Shown here one piece after another: positions 54,888-64,000 of a stretch of DNA of 64,000 bases. The position numbers were made by a program, and so were the translations under genes. Within the stretch, counting starts at the first letter, position 1. Every line of letters starts with the position of its first letter. The notes beneath the pieces are model-generated. The model had not been told where the DNA came from and did no database searches. It worked only from the letters and a program-made list of their open reading frames with translations. Origin of the DNA: Octopus vulgaris (taxonomy: Eukaryota); contig OX597814.1 of assembly GCA_951406725.2 (NCBI GenBank), positions 51,274,001 through 51,338,000 of the forward strand. Reading direction: 5' to 3'.

Positions 54888-56260
54888 ATTAACGTCTGTC
54901 ATTCCATGCTGGCATGGGTTGGACGGTTTGCCTGATGTCTGGAGAGCCAGCGACTGCACCAGGCTCCAATCTAATCTAGCAATATTCCTACAGCTGGATG
55001 CCCTTCCTAATGCCAACCACTCCAAGAGCATAGTGGGTGCTTTTTACATGTCACAGGCACAGAAGCCAGTCAATGGGGCCTGGCATCAATCACGTTTGGA
55101 TAATGATTTTTATGTGCCACAAGCATGGGGGCCAGTCAGGGGATACTGGCATCGACCACGTTCGGATGGTGCTTTTTACATGCCACCGGCATAGGAGCCA
55201 GTCAGGGGGCACTGGCAACAACTACGATATTGGTTTTACTTGACTCAACAAGTCTTTTCAAGCATATCATATCGCCTGATGCATCAGGGGTACTTTTAAC
55301 TGGACTGGACATGCATGGCTACGATCTCACTGCATTTCATCCATGGGACTAAGCCCTTTATGGATACGAAACCAATTAGTCACTTCTTCTCAATCACAAA
55401 ATATCACCAAAGGTATTGGTCTCCTGTCATTGCCTCTGTCAGGCCCAATGTTTGAAGGTCATGTTTCACCACCTCATCCCATGTCTTCTTGGGTCTACCT
55501 CTACCACAGGTTCCACAATTAGGGAGTGGCACTTCCTCACACTACTGTCCTCATCCATACACAATACATGACCATACCAGCGCAGTCATCTCTCTTGCAC
55601 ACTATATTTGATGCTTCTTATGCCCAACTTTCCTCTCAGGGCGCTTACACTCTGTCTTGTATGCACACTGACATTACACATCCAGTGGATCATACTAGCT
55701 TCATTTCTTTTAAGCCTACACATGTCCTCAGCAGTCATGTCCAATGCTTCGTTGCCGTGTAGTATAGCAGTTCACACACATGCATCATACAGTTTACTTT
55801 TCATCCTGAGCGAGAGGCCCTTTGTTGTTGCCAACAGTGGTAGGAGCTCCCTGAACTTTGCCCAGGCTATTCTCATTGTAGCCGCTACACTCTCAGAGCA
55901 ACCACCCTCACTACAGACTTGGTCGCCTAGGTAGTGGAAGCTATTAACTACTTCTAGTTTCTCCACCTGGCATGTGATGGAATCTATTTTCTGTACATCT
56001 TCAGTGTTTATTGCCCCTGTGCATCTGCCACACACAAAAACTATTTTCCCGGTTAACCTTACTTTGATATTGCTGCACCTTTTATGTATCCATAGCTTGC
56101 ACCGGGCACATCGTATGGAGTTTCTACCCACGCCTTTTCTACAGATCGAGTAGGACCATCTACCTGAAGGGGATTGTGATTTGACAGCCTTCCTACTTAC
56201 TAAGACTTTAGTTTTCGCTAGGTTAATCCTAAGGCCCTTCGATTCTAGAAGAAGCACACT
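54888..56260 (-). mobile_element. 5'-truncated RTE LINE, interrupted at 55330-55383 by a hammerhead-repeat fragment
   Basis: ORF 55772..56257 GLRINLAKTKVL...CKLWIHKRCS...FHYLGDQVCSEGGCSESV (RT C-terminus with an inserted Cys-rich segment), followed by RTE C-terminal and 3' UTR sequence. Confidence 0.88.
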
Positions 56261-56288
56261 CTAAAGCATACAGCAGTAATGTATTTAC

Positions 56289-56881
56289 ATGCAGTTAAAT
56301 ATATGACCGGTCATAGAGTGACTAATTGGTTTCGTATCCATAAAGGGCTTAGTCCCATGGATGAAATGCAGTTAAGTTTATGTCTGGTCATAGAGTGACC
56401 AATGGTTTTGCATCTATAAAAGGCTTAGCCCCATGGACTTTATAGCCGAAGGTATAGAGTTTTTCAACTCTGGGAGGTTCAAAAAAAGTTGAAGAATGAT
56501 ATGTCTTTGGCTTTAGAGTCTGATGAGTCATCCATGGGGCTAAGCTCTTTATGGATGTGAAACCATTGGTCACTCTATGACCGAACATATACTTAACTGC
56601 ATTTCATCCATGGGGCTAAGCTCTTTATGGATGTGAAACCATTGGTCACTCTATGACCAGACATATACTTAACTGCATTTAATCCATGGGGCTAAGCCCT
56701 TCATGGATGCGAAACCATTGGTCACTCTGTAAGAATTAGCACTTCCTTCTCTAAGAATAGATTCGAAACCGAATCCAAGAATCCTCGGTCGCCATTTTTA
56801 ATCATAAATCGGTTTACGTATTTGTTTACAAACACTCTTAACCACTACAACTCTATTACCAGACATATACTTAAGTGCATT

Positions 56882-56929
<48 letters not shown>

Positions 56930-57003
56930 TTTCACATCTATAAAGGGCTTAGCCCCATGGATGACTCATCAGACTCTAAAGCCAAAGGCATATCATTCTT
57001 CAA
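56289..57003. repeat. 76-bp hammerhead-derived repeat cluster in direct and inverted orientation
   Basis: Forward copies start at 56529, 56605 and 56681; inverted copies at 56289-56437 and 56925-57003. Confidence 0.9.
56514..56577 (+). ncRNA. Type I hammerhead ribozyme motif with canonical core and GUC site
   Basis: Stem I tagagt/actcta, CTGATGA (56520-56526), stem II catccat/atggatg, GAAA (56559-56562), stem III cc/gg, GTC triplet (cut after 56571). Confidence 0.75.
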
Positions 57004-57056
57004 TTCTTTTTATAGTTTAGACTCTTTTTATAGATTAGACAGACAGACAGATAGAT

Positions 57057-57580
57057 AAGTGTGTATGTGTCTGTGTTTGCCTCCCACTACCACTTGACAA
57101 TCAGTGTTGGCGTATTCACATACCCGTAACTTAGCAGTTTGGCAAAATAGGCAATAGAATAATTAGGTTTTAAAAAATAAGTACTGGGGTTGATTTGTTT
57201 GACTAAAGTTCTTCTAGGCAGTGCCCCAGCATAGCAACAGTCGAATGACTGAAAAAAGTAAAAGATAATATATATATAATATTATCTAGAAGAATTTTAG
57301 TCGAACGAATTGACCTCAGTACTTATTTTTTTAAACCTAGTAATTATTCTATCGCCTATTTTGCCAAACTTCTAAGTTACAGAGATGTAGATACACCAAT
57401 ACTGGTTGTCAAGCAGTGGTGGGAGACAAACACGGACACACACCCTATCTGTCTGTCTAATCTATTTCTTTCAGATTCCATCCACTAAATCCACTCACAA
57501 AACTTTGATGGGCATGAGGCTATAGTAGAATACACCCAAGTTGTCACGAGTGTGGCTGAACCAGGAAGCATGTTAATTGG
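57057..57580. mobile_element. Two tRNA-SINE fragments tail to tail
   Basis: + strand 3' half at 57057-57270 and - strand copy at 57295-57580, same family as 6615-7020. Confidence 0.65.
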
Positions 57581-57609
57581 AAAACAACGTAAAAAAAACA
57601 AAAACAAGT

Positions 57610-59115
57610 GTAATAGGTGTAAAAAACTGTGTAGTAAACAAATCTGAAAACCAAAATTTGTGCAAACGAACTGGGGGTAGGGAGAGGATTTTGAGAAAAT
57701 TCACACGATCCGATGTTTTCTCTCATAACTTTCAGGAAAATGAAAGTTTATACTAATACTTTTCAAACGGCATAGATTACAATTACAAAGAAATTTGTGA
57801 GGAATTTTTTTTTTTTCAAAGGATGTGGAGAGAGGAGTTTCGGACCAAGAAGACCACATAAGTTGGAATTTCTCCATTTTAAAGGGGATTTTTCAGTTGT
57901 TTTTCCGAGGGATATGGAGAGAGGAGTTTTGGAAAAATGGAGTTTTGGACCAAGAAGACCACATGAGTTGGAATTTCTCCATTTTGAAGGGGATTTTTCC
58001 AGTTGTTTTTCACCATTGCCTTCAAAATGATGTGGAACATCTTTTTATGAAAAAGCAGTTTGGAAAATTTATGATTTTTTTTTACTCCCCTCTCTCCTTA
58101 ATGATGGCACCAATGGACCACACGCCTTCTCCATTGGTAGGATATAAGCATCAATAACAAAATGGTAATTAAAATTTTTACCCCCACCTTAATTAAGTGA
58201 GGCAGTGTGTATGTGTAAGGAAAAAACATTTTCTCACAGAAAAGTATGCTATTAAAATGAATTATCATTTACATACCTATCTTTTAAAAATCACTGCAGA
58301 TAAACGCCAGAAATGACCTCAGGCTCTCCAGTATTTTAAATTATAAACAGAAACAATCAAGGGCAGGAGTGGGATTGAAAAAAAATTATAAATTTTCAAA
58401 TTTTTTTATAGCATAAATGTGTTTATGGGGAGAACAATATTCTTTTCTATTATAGGCACAAGGCCTGAAATTTTTGGAGAGGAGACCAGTCAATTAGATC
58501 GACCACAGTACACAACTTGTACTTAATTTATTGACCTCCGAAAGGATGAAAAGCAAAGTCAACCTCGGCGGAATTTGAATTCAGATGGGAAGAACAATAT
58601 TGAAAAAACATCAATACCTGCGACAGCGAGAAAGAAATGAGGAGGGTTGTTTTTGAGATGTTCTAGAAACGACAGTCAAATCTCCCTTAAATCACACTTT
58701 TTCTGAAAATATTTACAATTTTTTTTTTTTTTTTTACAGAAAAGGCTCCTCCGAAAGTTTTCAAGAGCAAAAAATTGACCAAAAACGGTCCGGAGAGGAG
58801 ATAAGGTGGGGAGTAAAAAAAGGAACTTATGTGGTCTTCCTGATTCGAAACTCCGTTTTTTTGAGACTTCTCTCCCCACCCCCCGGAAAAATTTTCCTCA
58901 CAAATTTCTTTATAATCGTAATCTATGCCATTTGAAAGGTATTTGCATAAACCATCATTAAAAGATAACCATTTTCCTGAAAGTTATGAGGGAAAAAATC
59001 GGATCGTGGGAATTTTCCAAAAATCCTCTCCCCATCCTCCACTCCCGTTCGTTTGCGCAAATTTTGATTTTCAGATTTTCGTTTATTACACTTTTTTGCA
59101 TCTTTACACTTTTTT
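57610..59115. mobile_element. Non-autonomous long-TIR (foldback-like) DNA element with a nested SINE
   Basis: 57610-57860 is an imperfect reverse complement of 58825-59115. The nested SINE 58442-58585 is flanked by a ~16-bp target duplication, atgggNagaacaatatt. Confidence 0.7.
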
Positions 59116-59878
59116 GGGGCCGGATGTTAGATATTAACCAAAACATGCGGTTACTCGAATTGCTAGAAATAACAGCTGCAACTTCAAATCATACCCTACT
59201 GTCTCTTAAAGAAAGGATCATTGTATTAATCTAACCCTGGGAGCACCATGTCTTGGGTAGGGAGGATGGAAAAGTACAGCTAAAATATCTTCTATCATCG
59301 ATCTGCTGAATCACAAGTGATCCAAGACAAACATCAGTAAAAATAAAGAGGAGAGATGTACCACAGCTACAAAAGCAGTTTTTCTCACAGAATACACCTC
59401 TGTGAGAATTAACTCACACAGCTTCAAGCAAAGAATTCCCCTAAGACATATATAAATGACAAAGGAATACTTTATTGTAAGCCAACCAAACATATAGGAA
59501 AGCAGTCTATTTAGAAACAAACAGAAGGCTAAGAAGACATTTTAGAGAATTATACTCCAAAAGGATAGACAAAGAGCAAACATATTTCTTTCATTTAACA
59601 TCGTTACCATTTTATAATTTCTCCTGAGAAAATGGGTTGAATTTTAAGAAGGTACTGAATAAACACACACACACACACGCACACAGAGGCTCACACACAC
59701 TTTTCATCTCACCTCTGAAACTAGTGGGACGAAGGGTCCACTTTTTATACTTAAAATCTAATATATTTTAACCTTTTATCTTTTTACTTAACACTCGAGT
59801 ATAATACTACCCAACTCCTACCCAATTTTAATCCTGATGTTTTGAATAAAATTTCTCACATGCACAAATAAGTTCATT

Positions 59879-59879
<1 letters not shown>

Positions 59880-59910
<31 letters not shown>

Positions 59911-59967
59911 GTATGTATGTATGTATGTATGTTTGTAAGTATGTATGTATGTATGTATGTATGTATG

Positions 59968-60008
<41 letters not shown>

Positions 60009-60257
60009 TATATTATATAATATATTATCGAAATGTACAGTATCATATCCATCACGTCTGTCTTATACCAATCGGTTTCGCGCTAGGGATACACCGGAGT
60101 GTAGGTAACAATCCGATTATATATATAAAAAATATACACACACACACACACAAAAATGAGCATGCACATACATACATACATGCATGCATGCATTCATACA
60201 TACATATATACACACATACATGCATGCATGCATGCATACATACACACACACACACAT

Positions 60258-60292
<35 letters not shown>

Positions 60293-60352
60293 TACATACA
60301 TACATACATACACACACACACATACATACATACACACACACACACATACATA
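59880..60352. repeat. Compound CA/TATG/TA/TACA microsatellites
   Basis: Low-complexity tract with a short unique insert at 60020-60115. Confidence 0.9.
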
Positions 60353-60986
60353 CAATTCACCTGTTGAGTGATATAGGGATTATTGTTTCAATAGTTTTAT
60401 GCATTTTCAAGTTGATATTTATTTTTATAGCGATTGATATAAACCTATTAAATCAATCGCTCGATCAAATTAAATTAATCGTTTGATATACCACAGTATC
60501 AATCGCTCGTGGGGAGATGCATAAAAAAGTTAGCACATTGTTGTTAAGCATCGACGATGCGAATGGAATTATAAAAGAGGTCCGTGTGTAGTAAAATAAT
60601 TACTATAGCAATCAATTAATCGATGTATCACAGAACCAACTTCCAATAATCGTCGACGTGTCTTTCATAAATAACAAGTAGCCTAAAAGCAATCGATGAC
60701 TTAACTTCAGATTTAATTAACATAGCAATTGATTGATTCTTGGATAAATGCTCTCGATTGTTAAACATACAATTAATTAAAAGGATGGAGGTTGTTGCTT
60801 TTTCTTATTTAACAAAGGAAAAAACCATTAGCCCTCATACCTTTCTCCTTTGTCCCCAGGGAGAAAAAGAAAACTGGCCCCTTAATCACGACCAAATAAA
60901 TAATTAAAAACTATATAATCAACGAACTAACACACACACAAAAAAGAAGTTAACTTAAAAATGCATAGAATTAAGAAATACTTTAC

Positions 60987-61120
60987 CTGAGCTGCGGGTG
61001 GAAAGTAAAACCAGGTGTATCGCTCAGAGCGACTGACTATATTATGCGTGTGAACTGAAGCGGGGCAGTTATATATACCTCGTAACATTTACGAAAATCG
61101 AATATCGTCACGTCATACTT
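60987..61120 (-). promoter_or_regulatory. Candidate minus-strand core promoter and non-coding first exon
   Basis: Locally CpG-richer unique DNA. On the minus strand, in order: TGACGTGACG (CRE-like), TATATATAA, TCAGT initiator-like motifs, and a strong CAG/GTAAAG donor at 60987/60986. Confidence 0.5.
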
Positions 61121-61404
61121 CTTGGAAATTAGGATTTAGTAGAGAATTAAACAAAATATTTATTTCCTATTGATTTACATTTAGTATATCCTACTATTGT
61201 TATTTAGATCCGTTATTTATGTTTTGGGGTTTCTATATTTTCATTTAAATTTTTCATGTGACAATATCACTCAATATCACTCACCCGCCAAACTTTACCT
61301 ATAGCTCTACCTGTCTGTCACTTTGTGTGTGTACGCGTTTATGTACATGGTGGAGGGGAAGGCCCGGCAATTTTTATCCTGGATTCATCCCTGTGAACAC
61401 ACAC

Positions 61405-61965
61405 TCACATACATACATACATGGTGGCTGTCCCCTCGTTATCGAGTATGGCCATTGCACGAAGCTTAATCAATGTTGTTATCGTGCAATGCCTGTGCAA
61501 GAAGATATTTTTTTAAGTGAGGAAAGGCTGTGCACTGAGTCAATCCCACTCACTAAGCAACAGCAGCCATAATCCGAAAAGAAGAACAAGTCAACATCAT
61601 CGGTAACCACTGAGCCGCAGATTTATGTCAGAGTTATCCCAGTTACCTGAGTTGCCTTCTCCTAGAAAGATGCCCTGACAAAGGCTATGAGTCCTTCCCT
61701 CCCAATTGTTTAACTGCGCAATCGGGTATTCAATCTGATTGTTTCTATGTCCCCGCGCATGATACAGCTTTAAGACATTTATTGGATGGCCGTTGACTCT
61801 CAAGAGTTCCTCCACCCTTTGATGGGTTTTGTTTTTTATCCCGCAGGGTGACCAATAAACACCCTCCTCACCAAGCAAGCTTGGTGGGGTTGCCGGTTTA
61901 GTCGCCGACAACTCAACCATGCAACAGGTAGTACTGGGTTACATGTTACCAGTAGCACTCGAAAG
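61405..61965 (-). mobile_element. Probable internally deleted non-LTR (RTE-type) derivative joining 5' and 3' ends
   Basis: GC-richer block with a ggcgactaaa-containing 5'-UTR-like right end and an (ATGT)n tail at the left end on the minus strand. Confidence 0.4.
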
Positions 61966-62941
61966 TGACACATACATACATACATACATACATACATACT
62001 ATCATCCTCATCCTTTTAACGTCTATTTTCTACGCTGGCATGGGTTGGAAGATTCAACTAGATCCAATAAGTTGGAGGACTGTGTTGCGGTATCGTTTCC
62101 ACAGTCTGTATCCTTCCTAAGGCTAGCCACTTTAACAAATGTACTGGGCGCATTTTTCATGGCTCCACCACTAGAAAGGTTGCTATGTAGCTAACAAAAG
62201 TAAAGCACCACTTTGACTAAGTGGGAGTACAATAGAGCGGAAGGCAGCTTCATGTTAGGTGTTGAGAGGTTAAAGTATAGAGAGGGAAAGGTTCAGATTT
62301 GTTACAATAAAAGATATATGGCTACCAGACATTATATAAGGGAGAATAGAAGTTACTAGGATGGAGCTGGAAAGAGAGCTAAAGGTGGTGGTGATATGTC
62401 AGAGCATACCCCTAAGGTACAAGGTGAATAGAAGGGAGTGAGAGAACCAAAGTTCAGTTAGTGCTGCGGGGAGAGTAAAGGTTGTAAGAATGTGTTTGAA
62501 GGAAAGAGGAGAATAAAAGATGGTTAGAGATAGGGTAGAGAGGAATATAATAAATGGTAAACATAAATGAAGGAATAGTTAATGATAAATATGAATTGGG
62601 AGAAGGTGTTAATAGTGACAGATGAATGTCAATAGAAATTGCTCAGGGGAGAGGAGGACATGACTGGCAGTACAGAAAGGGTGCAATAGATAGAATAAGG
62701 ATGAGAGATAGAGAGTTGATGGGTTATGGTAGAGGCAAAAGCTGCAAGAGTTGTGGAAGAAATGTGAGAAATGCATAATGATAGGGATGGGGTGGTAAAA
62801 GGTAGATATGAAATGATGTTAAAAATGGGTGCCAGTAGGAAGTTGCTCAAGGGGAAGGGAAAGATAACTGGTAGCATAGAAAGGCTGATTAATGGAAAAT
62901 ATAAGTGGGGAGGGGAAATGATATATATATATATGTATATA

Positions 62942-62979
<38 letters not shown>

Positions 62980-63411
62980 ATAGTCAACTACTTGCAACTA
63001 AGGTTGCAAAACACAATGAAAATTTTAGGAAAAAAATAAATAAGTAAATGAGTGGAAACTTTACTGGTGAGTGTATTAAATAATAAGGCACTAAAAGAGA
63101 ATGTCTCTCCCCAGACTCAACAAAATATGCTTCAACACAGGAACTCACATAAAGAATCATGCAAACCAAATCCCAAAACGAAATATATATATATATAGTT
63201 GGAATTTACAAAAAAAAAAACAAACAAAAGATGAAGACAGGTATGTAAACAACAAACAGTTTAATGCTCAGGAAGTGAGAAAGTCTTTTACATTTCAAGC
63301 CTATGCTCTTCAACAGAAAGGAACACAGAAATAAGCAGACAGAGAAAATAAAAATGGTTTAGTAGCTAGCAATCAATCATGGCGAATATACATACATACA
63401 TACATATATAT

Positions 63412-63461
<50 letters not shown>

Positions 63462-63556
63462 AAATGGATAAATGAATTATCTTGTTACGGATTATTCAAA
63501 ATTTTGTAGAATCTTCGTTCAGCTCCATTTCTTCCCTCGCTAAATATATATATACA

Positions 63557-64000
63557 TGTGGTGACAAAGGGCCTCTCGCCCAGAGTAAAAGGTAGACTGT
63601 ATGATGCATGTGTACGAACAGCCATGCTACATGGCAGTGAAACATGGGCCGTGACTGGTGAGGACATGCGTAAGCTCGCAAGGAATGGAGCCAGCATGCT
63701 CCGATGGATGTGTAATGTCAGTGTGCATACTCGACAGAGTGTTAGTGCCTTGAGAGAAAGGTTGGACCTAAGAAGCATCAGATGTGGTGTGCAAGAGAGA
63801 TGACTGCACTGGCATGGTCATGTGGCAAGAATGGATGAGGATAGCTGTGGGAAAAAGTGCCACACCCTAGTGGTTGAGGGAACCTGTGGAAGAGGTAGAC
63901 CCAGGAAGACCTGGGATGAGGTGGTGAAGCATGACCTTCAAACATTGGGCCTCACCAAGGCAATGACTAGTGACCAGGACCTTTGGAAATATGCTGTGCT
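63557..64000 (+). mobile_element. RTE-clade LINE fragment (runs off the window)
   Basis: KGLSPRVKGRLYDACVRTAMLHGSETWAV...MLRWMCNVS; same family as 39624-40512. Confidence 0.9.

Noticed and set aside
56529-56728. Regularly spaced repeats suggesting a CRISPR array
   Set aside because: The units are contiguous with no unique spacers, the context is eukaryotic and there are no cas genes. A hammerhead-derived repeat explains them better.
62200-62920. Purine-rich tract with ORFs 62629..62997 and 62771..62980
   Set aside because: Compositionally biased, low-complexity sequence with no domain motifs.

Overview
AT-rich, microsatellite-dense eukaryotic DNA. The repeat families (tRNA-derived SINEs, RTE LINE 3' ends with (ATG)n tails, long TA/CA tracts) suggest an octopus (coleoid cephalopod) genome; this is an inference. 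The left half (105-30241) holds about 14-15 small minus-strand coding exons. Most join in consistent splice phase and encode helical armadillo-like repeats resembling the N-terminal ARM region of LRRK2; the gene continues past the left edge. A candidate minus-strand promoter and first exon lies near 61.0 kb, and a candidate terminal exon or long UTR at 31.3-33.5 kb, so a separate upstream transcript is possible. The rest is transposon debris: RTE and CR1 LINE pieces, SINEs, a DD37D (maT) element, mariner- and piggyBac-type MITEs, a long-TIR foldback element and a 4 x ~1.17 kb tandem array. The most notable signal not shown by the ORF track is a set of type I hammerhead ribozyme motifs. They sit in Penelope-like relics within TA microsatellites and include a 76-bp tandem/inverted ribozyme-repeat cluster at 55.3-57.0 kb. 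The six near-intact motifs are all on the + strand, while every - strand copy I found is broken. Several relics also show fold-back inversions and local copies of flanking DNA. All calls come from manual reading; no searches or folding programs were run.
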